Positions 48,162 to 58,666 are shown, numbered from the stretch's first letter. The stretch is 64,000 bases of DNA from an uncultured Planctomycetota bacterium (GCA_964571525.1 CAZNBY010000006.1:13773-77772), one strand, 5' to 3'. Numbers and translations: made by a program. Notes: a model not told the origin generated them from the sequence alone.

Positions 48162-49271
48162 TCACCTTATCTTCAGCGTTCCCAACGCCAAAAGAGCGAG
48201 AAAGATGCCGATTATATATGCGCGCGTGACAATCTGTGACTTGCTCCACCCTACTCGTTCAAGGGTGTGATGTATAGGCGCAATAGGGAAAAAGCGTTCA
48301 TGCGTTATTTTGTACATGCCGCGCTGGATAAGGGATGACAAGAACTCGATGATGAACAGTGTGCCGATTATCAGCATCACTACCTCGAGTTTTGAGACAA
48401 GCCCAGCAAAACCGAACAGGGCACCGAGCGTAAGCGAACCCGTGTCGCCCATATAGACAGCGGCAGGCGATGCGTTATGCCATAAGAAGCCAAGACAGGC
48501 TCCAGAGATTGCAGCCATCAACACAGCGACCTCTCCTACGCCCGGAACGAAGACAATATACAGGTAAGATGCATAATCCGCACGACCCGCTATGTAACAA
48601 GCGACTCCGAGCGCAAGCGCGCCAATGGCGATAAGACCTGATGCAAGACCATCAACACCATCAGTTATGTTGACGGAATTCGACATAAGGAAGATTATTA
48701 CAAGGAAGACAATCGCATAGAAGCCGCCGAGATATATACCAAGGTCTTTTTTGAACGGAAGCCATATTGTGTTAAGCTCGCGCATTGAACCGAGGAATTG
48801 GTACAGGTATGCAAGGACTATGGCGGTTACAAGAAGCCCGAGAAAGATCTTAGAGAACTCTGACATGCCTTTCTTAGTGCGCAGCTTTTTAAGATCATCA
48901 GCAAAACCAAGAGCGCCAGTCAACAGCATGAGCAACAAACCTGCAATAATGTACTGGTTGGATAAGTCACCTGCTAACAGCATTGCACCAAGTATGCCAG
49001 CAATAATCGCAAGTCCACCCATCGGGGCTACATTGTGAGGTTTCTTTTCGGCTGCAGTTGCGCTGCCATCCTTTACGAATTGCTGAATGTGCTCAAAATC
49101 CTCCCAGTTATGCTTTTCTGCAAGGGAGCGACGACGGAAGAATTGAACCAGCAAATTGGTTAAGAATACCGAGACGAGGAAGGCCACCACAGCCGCAATT
49201 ATCATGCGGAAGGTGATGTAGCTGAAAAGCGCTTGTTTAAGTATGCCGATGTCGTGCAGCCAAGCCAGCAT
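48162..49271 (-). CDS. mraY: Phospho-N-acetylmuramoyl-pentapeptide transferase
   Basis: Polytopic. DDLKKL and NSVNITDGVDGLA motifs. Confidence 0.9.
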   Translation of the reverse strand: MLAWLHDIGILKQALFSYITFRMIIAAVVAFLVSVFLTNLLVQFFRRRSLAEKHNWEDFEHIQQFVKDGSATAAEKKPHNVAPMGGLAIIAGILGAMLLAGDLSNQYIIAGLLLMLLTGALGFADDLKKLRTKKGMSEFSKIFLGLLVTAIVLAYLYQFLGSMRELNTIWLPFKKDLGIYLGGFYAIVFLVIIFLMSNSVNITDGVDGLASGLIAIGALALGVACYIAGRADYASYLYIVFVPGVGEVAVLMAAISGACLGFLWHNASPAAVYMGDTGSLTLGALFGFAGLVSKLEVVMLIIGTLFIIEFLSSLIQRGMYKITHERFFPIAPIHHTLERVGWSKSQIVTRAYIIGIFLALLALGTLKIR

Positions 49272-49291
49272 TTTACCCCCCGAACGCTACC

Positions 49292-50686
49292 CTATTCCTG
49301 CCCGTATTGCTTTTTAAGAGCCCTGATGAGAAGAGAGACCGTGTCTTCAAGCTTCATAAAGCGCGAGCCTTTTACAAGAACCGCACCGCCACCCTCAATA
49401 CTCTCTACGATATGATTGACCAATTCAGTTCGATCTGTCGCCTCGAAATGCAGCGCAGTCTTGCCCTCGACCTTTTTGAATGCTTCAAGTGTAGCTTTAA
49501 CCTCGCTGCCCACACCAATAAGGGTATCAATAGAGGACTCGGCAAGCTTGTCACCAATTTCTGTATGATACCGCGCACTCTCGCTACCAAGCTCGTTCAT
49601 ATCGCCCATAATCACGATTTTGTTCGGTGAAGGAATCTCTGAGAAATATCGGACTGCCGCTGCCATACTTGAAGGATTTGAGTTGTAGCAATCGCTTATT
49701 ACTACCACTGGCCCAACATAGAAAAGGTTGCTGCGCATAGGTGGCGGAGTGAAGCCACGCAGGCGACGGGCAGAACGAGCCACATCAAGGTCAAGCCCCT
49801 TCACAACAGTAAGAGCGGCAAGCGCGTTGTAGATGTTGTGCACACCGCCCATCGGCAAAGCTGTTTGTACATCTGAAATGGTAAAATAAGTTGATGCCGT
49901 TTGCGATGCGACTTCAAGCGGTTTCATGTCAAGTTCTTCGCGGTTGATTCCGAATGTGAAAACTGGCACTTTAGACATCGCCTTAAGCTCTTCGAAGTTC
50001 GGATCATCACCGTTCAATACCGCAAATCCATCGCTGTTGACGGACTTTAGGAGCTCACCTTTCGTTGCGACTATGTTGGCTTGACTTTTGAATCCTTGCA
50101 AATGAGCAATGCCGATGTTTGTTATAACAGCGACATCCGGCGCTACTACTTTCGCAAGGGATGCAATCTCGCCGGGATTAGAGGCGCCAATCTCAATTAC
50201 GGCGAAATGATGGTATCCGCGAATTTCAAGCAAGGACAGAGGAACACCGACATCGTTGTTATAGCTTTTAACCGAAGCAACTGTTGGCCCGACAGCAGAT
50301 AGTAACCAGCGGAGTATTTCCTTTGTTGTTGTCTTGCCATTCGTGCCAGTAACGGCTATCACTTTTAAGTCTTTGTGTTTACGCCGCCAGAAGCCAGCGA
50401 GGTTCATCAGCGCCTTGCGTGTATCATCAACCTTGATTATAAAGAAATCAGAATCATCAACATCCACATCTTTCGAAACCACAGCACCCAAGGCGCCCTT
50501 TTCATGGGCTTCCTTTACATAGTCGTGGCCATCGTAGTTTGCGCCCTTTAGAGCAACAAATAATTGGCCGGGTCCCATTGCGCGCGTGTCTGTTGCGATG
50601 CCGAAGAAGGTGCAAAGGCACCCGTCGAGCATCTTACCACCGGTTGCTTCAAGGACTTCGTCAACGGTTATTTCAAATCTTTCCAC
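49292..50686 (-). CDS. murF: UDP-MurNAc-tripeptide--D-Ala-D-Ala ligase
   Basis: GTNGKTTTKE P-loop. DCYNSNPSSM matches the MurF DxYNANP motif. Confidence 0.85.
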   Translation of the reverse strand: MERFEITVDEVLEATGGKMLDGCLCTFFGIATDTRAMGPGQLFVALKGANYDGHDYVKEAHEKGALGAVVSKDVDVDDSDFFIIKVDDTRKALMNLAGFWRRKHKDLKVIAVTGTNGKTTTKEILRWLLSAVGPTVASVKSYNNDVGVPLSLLEIRGYHHFAVIEIGASNPGEIASLAKVVAPDVAVITNIGIAHLQGFKSQANIVATKGELLKSVNSDGFAVLNGDDPNFEELKAMSKVPVFTFGINREELDMKPLEVASQTASTYFTISDVQTALPMGGVHNIYNALAALTVVKGLDLDVARSARRLRGFTPPPMRSNLFYVGPVVVISDCYNSNPSSMAAAVRYFSEIPSPNKIVIMGDMNELGSESARYHTEIGDKLAESSIDTLIGVGSEVKATLEAFKKVEGKTALHFEATDRTELVNHIVESIEGGGAVLVKGSRFMKLEDTVSLLIRALKKQYGQE

Positions 50687-50689
50687 AGC

Positions 50690-52135
50690 TCAACTCCTGC
50701 CGTTTATCGCTTCTAAAGCGACTTCGCGGTCATCGAAATGGATTGTTTTGTCAGAGAATATCTGATAGTTCTCGTGCCCTTTACCAGCAACAAGAACGAT
50801 ATCGTCTTCACCTGCGTTCCTCACCGCATGCATGATTGCATCGGCTCGAGATACGACTGTTTCAATTCGCGATCTATCGGTTATACCGGTCAGAATCTCG
50901 GCGATGATTGCTTCCGGATCTTCACTTCGAGGATTATCTGATGTAATAACGACCTTATCCGCTAATTTTTCTGCCGCTGCACCCATCATCGGGCGCTTGC
51001 CTCTATCGCGATCTCCTCCACAGCCAAAAACCACATGGAGCTTATTGTGCGGCAGTTCCTTCAAAGCTCTGAGAGCGTTGGAAAGCGCGTCGTCGGTATG
51101 CGCATAGTCAACATACACACGCGGACGGCGCGGCGCAACGCGTTCGAGACGACCGGGCACGCGATGCATATTTTCAATGCCATTCTTTACAGCATCGGAT
51201 GAAACACCAAAACCGTATGCAAGCGTCGCGACACCCAACACATTGAAAGCGTTAAAGCGACCAACAAGTGGGCAGTGTATTTCGACCCGCCGTTCGCCGT
51301 ACAACATGGTCAGCTTTGTGAAGTCGGCATCAAGTACAACTCCATCAAGCTGTACTGGACCTTTAAGTCCAAGCCCGAACGGGATAACGCTGCCGGAAGC
51401 CCTGCTCGATATAAAGGGGCCCCATTTGTCCGTCATATTTATTGCCACAATGCCGTCAGGTTTTACCAGTTCGAAAAGCTTCGCCTTTGCCGCTGCATAA
51501 TTTTCCATCGTCTTGTGGTAGTCAAGATGATCGCGTGTCAGATTGGTGAAGATCGCGCCGTCGTAGTTTATTCCGCCAATTCTCTCTTGTTCAAGCGAAT
51601 GTGAGGAAACCTCCATCACCACCCACTTATCGCCTTCAGCAACCATCTGTGATAGAAGCTCATAGAGCCTTATTGGATCGGGTGTGGTGAGTTTTGAAGG
51701 AAACGATTTTCCGCCAACGGTGTAGGAAATTGTTCCTAACAATCCTGCGTTTGCGCCAGAGGCTTGAAGCACTGACGCGAGCAGGTATGTTGAAGTGGTT
51801 TTTCCATTTGTACCTGTTATTCCTGCTGACTTAAGCGTCTTTTCAGGATGACCATAATATGCGGATGCAGCCTGCCAGACAGCACGACGAACATTCGGCA
51901 CAATCACACGGGTAACTCCGTTGATCGGTATCGGCTTACTTGAAACAAGACATGTGGCACCGTTCTTGACCGCGTCGGCGAAGTAAGACGCGCCATCAAG
52001 CCGAGTGCCCTCAACGCCGAAAAAGACGAAATCACGCCCGACAAGACGCGAATCGGTCGCAAGACCCTTCACGACTGAGTCGGGACACTCAGTTACACAC
52101 GCGTCTGCGTGACTGAAAAGCTCCGAGATACGCAT
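50690..52135 (-). CDS. murE: UDP-MurNAc-L-Ala-D-Glu--2,6-diaminopimelate ligase
   Basis: TGTNGKTTSTYL, TNLTRDHLDYH, VDYAHTDDAL. Confidence 0.85.
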   Translation of the reverse strand: MRISELFSHADACVTECPDSVVKGLATDSRLVGRDFVFFGVEGTRLDGASYFADAVKNGATCLVSSKPIPINGVTRVIVPNVRRAVWQAASAYYGHPEKTLKSAGITGTNGKTTSTYLLASVLQASGANAGLLGTISYTVGGKSFPSKLTTPDPIRLYELLSQMVAEGDKWVVMEVSSHSLEQERIGGINYDGAIFTNLTRDHLDYHKTMENYAAAKAKLFELVKPDGIVAINMTDKWGPFISSRASGSVIPFGLGLKGPVQLDGVVLDADFTKLTMLYGERRVEIHCPLVGRFNAFNVLGVATLAYGFGVSSDAVKNGIENMHRVPGRLERVAPRRPRVYVDYAHTDDALSNALRALKELPHNKLHVVFGCGGDRDRGKRPMMGAAAEKLADKVVITSDNPRSEDPEAIIAEILTGITDRSRIETVVSRADAIMHAVRNAGEDDIVLVAGKGHENYQIFSDKTIHFDDREVALEAINGRS

Positions 52136-52150
52136 GTTGTTTGCCTGTTG

Positions 52151-53866
52151 CTAATCTGTTAAAGCACGAGCGTCTGGAGGAACGCCCAAGTATCGAAGGG
52201 TTCGGCACACTACTTCGCGGACGGCTGTCCCTGCAACTGTTCCGCCGTACTGCGCCTTCTTTGGTTCGTCAAGGCTCACTAAGACAACAATCCTCGGATT
52301 TTGTAGAGGTGCAAACCCGATGAAAGAACTGAGCGTTTTGCTCCAGTCGTAGCGACCATTGACTACCTTTATCGCCGTACCGGTCTTGCCTGCAATCGCG
52401 TAATCTTTGTTCAACGCGTTTTTACAAGTACCGTCGGTTACCACCAGTCGCAATATTTTCCGCATTTTTTCGGCTGTCTCTTGTGAAATTGCCCGGCTCC
52501 TGCCACGCCCATCCTTATGAACTGGAATCTTGTTGCCCGAGCTATCAACAATGTAGTTGACCAGCGAAGGGTCAGGCAATGTGCCATCCGTCGCAATCGC
52601 GCCGTATGCGCGAACAAGAGCCATAGGAGTTACAGAAATCTCATAGCCGAAGGAAATAGAAGCGACCGATTTTTTAGACCATTTTGAAGGCGGGTAGAGC
52701 CATGAAATCTGCTCTCCCCTTAGACCGAGCTCTGTCTTTTGTGTGAAGCCGAAGTTGACAAGCGTTTCATATAGAGCCTGTGCACCCAAAGCCTCACCAA
52801 TCTTCGCTGCACCAACATTTGATGATTTCGCTATGACTTCACCAACAGTAAGATTTCCATAACGATGATTGCCAGCATCCTTAATAACGCGTCCGTGAAG
52901 TGCATAAGCGCCATTCTCACAATAAATAACTGTATCTGGCGACATTACACCACGCTCGATTGCGCCTGCTGCGCAAAACGCTTTTGCCATCGAGCCTGGT
53001 TCATATATATCGCTGATCACGCGGTTGCGGAAATTAGCAGTCGGGTAGAGATTGTACTTGTTAGGATCGAAGAAAGGCCATGAAGCCATAGCAAGGACCT
53101 CGCCCGTACGAACATCCATAACAGCTGCCACACCACCGGAAGGACGGAACTCCTCACAGGCCTTTTCAAGTTCTTCTTCAAGTATATTCTGAATCCACAG
53201 GTCCAGCGTGGTGACAATGTCATATCCCTTGCGTGGATCAACAGAGGATTCTTTAGGAGAGCTTATCAACTTGCCAGTCGCATCGCGAAGCATCTCCACA
53301 TAACCATCCTTGCCCTTAAGATATCGGTTGTATTGTAGCTCAATGCCTTCACCACCATCTCCATCACCGTTGCAAAATCCAAGGAGTTGGCAGGCGGCTC
53401 TTCCGTTTGGATAGAATCTTTTAGGGTCATGCGAAAAGTCAATGCCCGGAATGTTCGCCGCACGCAACTTTCTTGCGGTTTCACCGTCGAGGTGGCGAGC
53501 GATTCTCACATATTTGGGACCGGTTACAATCATGCGATAGAAATCAGCGGTCTTGCCTTCAAGAACCGTTGCTAACTTAACGGCAATTTCGTCGTACTTC
53601 TTCTCGTCAACGGCGGGTTTGTAAAGCCAAACTGATTCTGCATCAATGGAATCAGCAAGTGGTCGAAGGTTACGGTCGAGGATTCTTCCACGAGGTGCAG
53701 GCACAACACGATTGCTGTTGTGTTGCTGTGCAGCAATACGCGCATACTCGTCAGACTGAACAAGTTGTATACGAACAAGCTGCGCGGCGATCAGAAGAAA
53801 CGCCGCGCAGAGTAGTATCTTATAGAAAAGCAGCCAGTATTTTGGCTTAGAGGCATCAATAGACAT
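52151..53866 (-). CDS. ftsI: Division-specific transpeptidase (class B PBP, FtsI-like)
   Basis: N-terminal TM. SxxK (GSMAK), SSN (KSSNVG), KTG (GKTGTA) motifs. Confidence 0.85.
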   Translation of the reverse strand: MSIDASKPKYWLLFYKILLCAAFLLIAAQLVRIQLVQSDEYARIAAQQHNSNRVVPAPRGRILDRNLRPLADSIDAESVWLYKPAVDEKKYDEIAVKLATVLEGKTADFYRMIVTGPKYVRIARHLDGETARKLRAANIPGIDFSHDPKRFYPNGRAACQLLGFCNGDGDGGEGIELQYNRYLKGKDGYVEMLRDATGKLISSPKESSVDPRKGYDIVTTLDLWIQNILEEELEKACEEFRPSGGVAAVMDVRTGEVLAMASWPFFDPNKYNLYPTANFRNRVISDIYEPGSMAKAFCAAGAIERGVMSPDTVIYCENGAYALHGRVIKDAGNHRYGNLTVGEVIAKSSNVGAAKIGEALGAQALYETLVNFGFTQKTELGLRGEQISWLYPPSKWSKKSVASISFGYEISVTPMALVRAYGAIATDGTLPDPSLVNYIVDSSGNKIPVHKDGRGRSRAISQETAEKMRKILRLVVTDGTCKNALNKDYAIAGKTGTAIKVVNGRYDWSKTLSSFIGFAPLQNPRIVVLVSLDEPKKAQYGGTVAGTAVREVVCRTLRYLGVPPDARALTD

Positions 53867-53873
53867 AATTCGC

Positions 53874-54788
53874 CTAACGGCGCTCGAAGAAGTTGATCAC
53901 CTCAACATCGTTCGTCGCCGGCTTTTTTGCTGCTGGTTTTACGGGAGTAGTCGAGCCAGAATCCTTCTTAGCTTCCGCCTGAACCGGTGCCGGTTTGCCA
54001 TCGAGGGGCGGTATGATGAGCTTCATACCTGTCTTTAAAGCATCGGGCTTGGGCAGTACTTTGCGGTTTGCCTCGTAAATGGCATTCCATTTTTTGCCGT
54101 TACCATACACTTTCTCGGCGATCTTCCATAGGCTGTCTCCAGCGACAACTGTATATGTCTCTTGCTTTGGATCAGCATTCTGCATAGCTGGCTTTGCATC
54201 GTTGTTTGTCTTTGCGGTATCAGTAGAGGCTGATTTTTGGTCAGTATTCGATGCAACTTTCGGTGCACTTTCACCCTTCGGTGCGTCAGGAATAATTAGG
54301 GTTTGACCGACCTTTAGCTGGCTATTCTGCGTAAGGCCGTTTGCCTCTGCGATCTTGTTCCACATCGAAGCGCGACCGTAGTACTTCTGAGCTATTACGC
54401 TTAAACTGTCGCCCTTTTGTACTGTGTGCTTAGTTGCAGGTTGCGGCAGGTTTTCGATTGCCTTCGCTGCATCTGCCTCGGGATTCGAGGTTATTGCGGG
54501 TTTATCAGATGGAAGCAAAACTTCGTCGTCATCAATAAGTGACGGCACAGGTGTTACGCCCGAAACAAAGTATGGGTTGTCACGCTTGATTTCAGGAGGC
54601 AGCTTGTAATCATTTGATGGTGTTGAAGCCTCAATGGGCACAAGCACCTCGTCGTTGTCCTCAACAGGAATCTGAGCAACATCTTCAGTATTGCGTCCAG
54701 AATCGCCACTGCCGATGATCACAACAACAGCGATTACCACAAGCACCAATACAAAGACTACCAGCTTATAAACTCTTCCGACATTCAT
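53874..54788 (-). CDS. Membrane-anchored protein with two LysM domains, inserted between ftsL and ftsI
   Basis: HTVQKGDSLSVIAQKYYG...LKVGQTLIIP and YTVVAGDSLWKIAEKVYG...LKTGMKLIIP. Start placed at Met32 to avoid overlapping ftsL; the ORF extends to 54881. Confidence 0.65.
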   Translation of the reverse strand: MNVGRVYKLVVFVLVLVVIAVVVIIGSGDSGRNTEDVAQIPVEDNDEVLVPIEASTPSNDYKLPPEIKRDNPYFVSGVTPVPSLIDDDEVLLPSDKPAITSNPEADAAKAIENLPQPATKHTVQKGDSLSVIAQKYYGRASMWNKIAEANGLTQNSQLKVGQTLIIPDAPKGESAPKVASNTDQKSASTDTAKTNNDAKPAMQNADPKQETYTVVAGDSLWKIAEKVYGNGKKWNAIYEANRKVLPKPDALKTGMKLIIPPLDGKPAPVQAEAKKDSGSTTPVKPAAKKPATNDVEVINFFERR

Positions 54789-54807
54789 AGCTACCTCCGA
54801 AATACCC

Positions 54808-55110
54808 CTACTTACGGACAAAACCCTCGATCTGCGCACCGCTTGACGCATCGAGGAAGTTCTTATCAACCGGACGGACATACGAAGCTGACTTGTCGCC
54901 TAATACGGCCATAATTCGCATCGGTCGTAATTCAGCAGCGACTTCGCTCTTAATCTGCATGTTCGACTTTGAAACATCGTTGATCTCTGCACGCAGACGG
55001 GCGATGTCGTAACCTTGCCGTAGGATCGTGCTGCGTTGGGCAACATAGACCACGGCAAGCAACACGAGCACGACAATCACGATTATGTAGCCGAGCATAA
55101 ATGTTTTCAT
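54808..55110 (-). CDS. ftsL: FtsL-like small bitopic division protein
   Basis: 100 aa, single TM (YIIVIVVLVLLAVVYVA), coiled-coil. Position between rsmH and ftsI. Confidence 0.55.
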   Translation of the reverse strand: MKTFMLGYIIVIVVLVLLAVVYVAQRSTILRQGYDIARLRAEINDVSKSNMQIKSEVAAELRPMRIMAVLGDKSASYVRPVDKNFLDASSGAQIEGFVRK

Positions 55111-55114
55111 TGCA

Positions 55115-56029
55115 TCAGCCTTTCCGAATCGCCCTCAGCATAGCGCTGCGGCTTCTGGGGTTTCTGCGAAGCTCTTCGTCTTTCGCACGGACAGGTTTGC
55201 GGGTGAGTATCTTGGCGCTTTCAAGCGACCCCAAGCGCTTGTTGAACTTCTTTACTATCCTGTCCTCGAGAGAATGAAAAGTTATCGTCACGAGGCACCC
55301 GCCTTTCGATAGCATCTTGTAAGCAATGGGAAGGACTGTTTCGATGTTGCGAAGCTCGTTGTTGACTGCGATTCTCAGCGCCTGAAACACGCGTGTGGCG
55401 CCGGATATCCTTCCCGCTCTCCTTCCTGTAACCGACTCGACTATCTCGCGGAGCTGTGAGGTTGTCGTTATCGGCGTATCTTCGCGCCGTTCGACTATCC
55501 TCGCAGCGATCCTCCTTGACCTCCGCTCATCGCCGAGCGTGTAAAAGATGTCGGCAAGCTCTTGCTCATTACACGAAGCGATAAAATCTGCGGCAGATGG
55601 CGAATCGCTTTGCGGATTGAATCTCATGTCAAGTGGACCCTCTTTTATAAAAGAAAATCCGCGTTCGGGCGTATCAAGTTGAAGGCTTGAACATCCGAAA
55701 TCAAGCAGAATTCCATCGGCCAGACCGTTCGGCAAGAGACTTGCAACCGATTCGATGTCGGTGTAACAGGAATGAACGAGTTTCCAAGGAGCTATGGAGT
55801 CTGAAGACTCCAGTCGCTGAAGTCTATCTTCAGCTATTTGTAAAGCGGCTGCGTCAAGATCGCAGCCGATGACGAAACCTGTTTTGCCTGCCCGCTTGGC
55901 GATTTCTGCCAAGTGGCCGCCTGTGCCCGCTGTGCAATCGAGGTATATTCCTCCCGGTTTAATCCCGAGATGCTCAAGAACCTCGCTGAGTAGCACAGGC
56001 TCGTGATAGCGCTCATTTTGTGTCAACAA
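55115..56029 (-). CDS. rsmH: 16S rRNA (cytosine1402-N4)-methyltransferase
   Basis: HEPVLLSEVLEHL...YLDCTAGTGGH. Confidence 0.9.
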   Translation of the reverse strand: MLTQNERYHEPVLLSEVLEHLGIKPGGIYLDCTAGTGGHLAEIAKRAGKTGFVIGCDLDAAALQIAEDRLQRLESSDSIAPWKLVHSCYTDIESVASLLPNGLADGILLDFGCSSLQLDTPERGFSFIKEGPLDMRFNPQSDSPSAADFIASCNEQELADIFYTLGDERRSRRIAARIVERREDTPITTTSQLREIVESVTGRRAGRISGATRVFQALRIAVNNELRNIETVLPIAYKMLSKGGCLVTITFHSLEDRIVKKFNKRLGSLESAKILTRKPVRAKDEELRRNPRSRSAMLRAIRKG

Positions 56030-56187
56030 ATCGAACCTTAGAACTGAAGACGAATGTATCGCCCTTGACGATTACAGTCGGCTTGAGAATCAGGCCGTTT
56101 TTAACAGCCGTTACGCTTTCGATTACCGCTTGTGTCCTTGTTCTTGCCATAAATCAACTCCCGATATGTCTAAGCCCTTGCTTGGTA

Positions 56188-56751
56188 TCAGTCAGAGTTT
56201 GGATGACGGGAGGGTGGTGATGACCCCCTCCCGTCAAATCCGTCAGCATAGGGCAGGGATTGCATAAGTTTGCCAGCCATCTCTTCTTGATTGAAGTTCT
56301 TGGCCAGATTCTCTTGCTCGATCTGAAAACGCTTCGGTTCCCATGCTTCGAGGAAGAATATCTTGCCTGCAATTAGCAGCTCATCTTGTATATCGGCATA
56401 AGCAAGCAGTTCTTTGGGTACAGTGAACTTGCCAGCCTTGTCAATTCTGGCCGTTACAGCGGAAGGTCCGATATACGAGAACCAGGCGTATCTTTCTTGT
56501 CCGTCAAGCTCGCGAGTGGCGCGCATCACTGTGTGCGCCCAGAGAGAACGCCAGTAGATTGAGAGAGAACGGTTGAAATTCTTTGTGATGACAAGCTCAT
56601 TAGGCTCGCCAGCATCTTCGAGAGAACGGCGTACCGATGCCGGAAGCACGATGCGACCTTGCTCATCGAGCTTTAGTTTCCAGCAACCACTGACAATGAC
56701 CGGAGCCGTTTCTGTCATCTTCTTCTCAACACTTATTGATACTTTAGCCAA
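56188..56751 (-). CDS. mraZ: Transcriptional regulator MraZ (with a C-terminal tail of about 30 aa)
   Basis: Two SpoVT/AbrB-like halves. KLDEQGRIVLPASVRRSL and IDKAGKFTVPKELLAYADI correspond to the MraZ DxxGR motifs. The start may be Met12 (56718). Confidence 0.7.
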   Translation of the reverse strand: MAKVSISVEKKMTETAPVIVSGCWKLKLDEQGRIVLPASVRRSLEDAGEPNELVITKNFNRSLSIYWRSLWAHTVMRATRELDGQERYAWFSYIGPSAVTARIDKAGKFTVPKELLAYADIQDELLIAGKIFFLEAWEPKRFQIEQENLAKNFNQEEMAGKLMQSLPYADGFDGRGSSPPSRHPNSD

Positions 56752-56945
56752 CTTTTTCTTGCAGGTACGCGACTATGATATCACACCACCTTCACTTGTC
56801 AAGAGAATTCCCGAAAAATTTCTTAGTGCACCCACGAAATTTCGAAAGCGGCAAGAGCCCTATCGCAGAAATTTTCAGATATATAGTTTAATTAAGATAT
56901 TGATGCTTATTCTTGGGGAAATTTCGCGCAAAATCACGCAATGAA

Positions 56946-56977
56946 AAGACCGAGCGTGTTAGCGCTCGGTCTTATAT
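56946..56977 (-). terminator. Terminator hairpin downstream of ctp, separating it from mraZ
   Basis: AAGACCGAGCG-tgtta-CGCTCGGTCTT is a perfect 11-bp stem, followed on the minus strand by TTTTCATT. Confidence 0.55.
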
Positions 56978-56995
56978 GACAAACGAAATGGGAAA

Positions 56996-58642
56996 TTAGC
57001 GGGAAATCTGAGGCTTAGATGCGCGACTTTCGAGTTCGAGGCGCATAATTGCTGCTTTGACAACCTCGTCTTCGCGGTCCAGAGCAGGTCTGATGCGGGA
57101 TTGACGGCAATATTCGTAAATAATCGCATGGCGAATCGCGGGCTCAAAGCAATCAGAATTGAACCATTTTTCGCGCGCTGCGCGTTTTTTAAGCGAGGAT
57201 AAGCCTTTAACTGAGCTTATCGAAATCTCGCTTAAAGCGAGGTTTTTGGCGGCTTTCGGCTCTTTCTTTACGAATTTCTGGGCGAATTTGACGGCTTCAG
57301 GCCAATTCGCCGTGCGGGCAAAGGAATTGGTGTTCGAAAGCCGATGGCCATCTTGAATCTGAATATCTGGAAAAACACCAGTTTTGTGAATCGAGCGACC
57401 ACTTGGAAGGTAATATTTCGCCGATGTTAGATACAAGAAGCGCGTGCCCCTTGATGCGGGAATTCCCAAAGGAACCTGCGCGCAACCCTTTCCGTATGAG
57501 GTCGTGCCGATGATAGTTGCGCGATGATGATCTTGAAGCGCTCCGCTTGTCATTTCAGAAGCTGACGCGCTTGCGCGATTTATAAGGCAGACGAGCGGCG
57601 AGTCTTCGAAATCGCTCGGTTTGCCTGGAATAAGCATCGGCACTGCCGTTCCATATTGCTCATTGAACATCTTGAAAATTGTAGCCACCTTCTGCCCTCG
57701 CAAGAACAGGTCGCAGAGATTTACCGCTATACCAGCGTTTCCACCAGGATTGTTCCTAAGGTCAAGAATGAAGGAATTCGCACCCTGCGCTTTCAGCCTC
57801 TTTAGCGCTGAATGTACCATGTTGTCCATGTCGCCACCGAAGATAATGCCACGCACATATCCGATCTCGGGTGTGAGCATCTCTGACATGACCGGTGAGA
57901 TCAACTCCTCATTAGCGTACAGAGTAAATTCGACAGGATATTCCCATCCCTTTCGCAAGACGATTAACCTGAGATCGGTTGGCTTATCTGGCGCAATTGT
58001 TCGAACAAGATCATCTCTTTCGTAATCGGCAACAAGCCTTCCGTTTATTGCGAGTATCTCATCTTCATTTCTAAGGCCAGCATAATAGGCGGGTGAACCG
58101 AAGTTGACCTGAGCAATTGAAATATTGCCATTTGCCATGCGCTGCGGCATGAGACCATATAAGTCGCGCTCACCTGCGTCAATCATGCCGATCAGCCTTC
58201 GGTATTCCTCGATCGTGAAATAGCGTGAAAACGGGTCGTTAAGTGCATGAACAGCAGCCTCAATCAGGGCATCAACCGCGTCGAGCCAGTTTATATCAGC
58301 ATTGCTTACAGCATTCCTAAGTTCAGAAAGCTCTGTCAAGCTTTGAAAATCTGCGGAAAGTAGAGGTTGGAGGGTTGTTTGAGCAAGCTCGCCATTCTTA
58401 TCTGCCCAGGCCTTTAATGCCCTTAAACCTGATTGAGCAAGCAAGGGTTGAGCGGCAGCCTCGTCACCGCGGAAGGTTTGATTGATGAGCCTTATCGAGT
58501 CTGCAACAATATCGAAGAACGAGTCTTTATCGAACTTAACAGTGTGTGTTGGTTTAGTGGTTGTATCAGCTTCTTCTGCTGGTATAGCACAACAGAAGAA
58601 CAGCAGAGCGATCGCAATGAAAATGACAAAAACACCTCGCAT
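56996..58642 (-). CDS. ctpA: C-terminal processing peptidase (S41) with PDZ domain
   Basis: GLRNEDEILAINGRLV PDZ. SFILDLRNNPGGNAG S41 motif. Signal peptide. Confidence 0.85.
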   Translation of the reverse strand: MRGVFVIFIAIALLFFCCAIPAEEADTTTKPTHTVKFDKDSFFDIVADSIRLINQTFRGDEAAAQPLLAQSGLRALKAWADKNGELAQTTLQPLLSADFQSLTELSELRNAVSNADINWLDAVDALIEAAVHALNDPFSRYFTIEEYRRLIGMIDAGERDLYGLMPQRMANGNISIAQVNFGSPAYYAGLRNEDEILAINGRLVADYERDDLVRTIAPDKPTDLRLIVLRKGWEYPVEFTLYANEELISPVMSEMLTPEIGYVRGIIFGGDMDNMVHSALKRLKAQGANSFILDLRNNPGGNAGIAVNLCDLFLRGQKVATIFKMFNEQYGTAVPMLIPGKPSDFEDSPLVCLINRASASASEMTSGALQDHHRATIIGTTSYGKGCAQVPLGIPASRGTRFLYLTSAKYYLPSGRSIHKTGVFPDIQIQDGHRLSNTNSFARTANWPEAVKFAQKFVKKEPKAAKNLALSEISISSVKGLSSLKKRAAREKWFNSDCFEPAIRHAIIYEYCRQSRIRPALDREDEVVKAAIMRLELESRASKPQISR

Positions 58643-58666
58643 ACGGTCTCTCCATTAAGGCATCGT

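Noticed and set aside
56752-56945. Looked for MraZ-type GTGGG direct-repeat operators upstream of mraZ
   Set aside because: Only a single GTGGG/CCCAC occurrence. No convincing spaced direct repeats.
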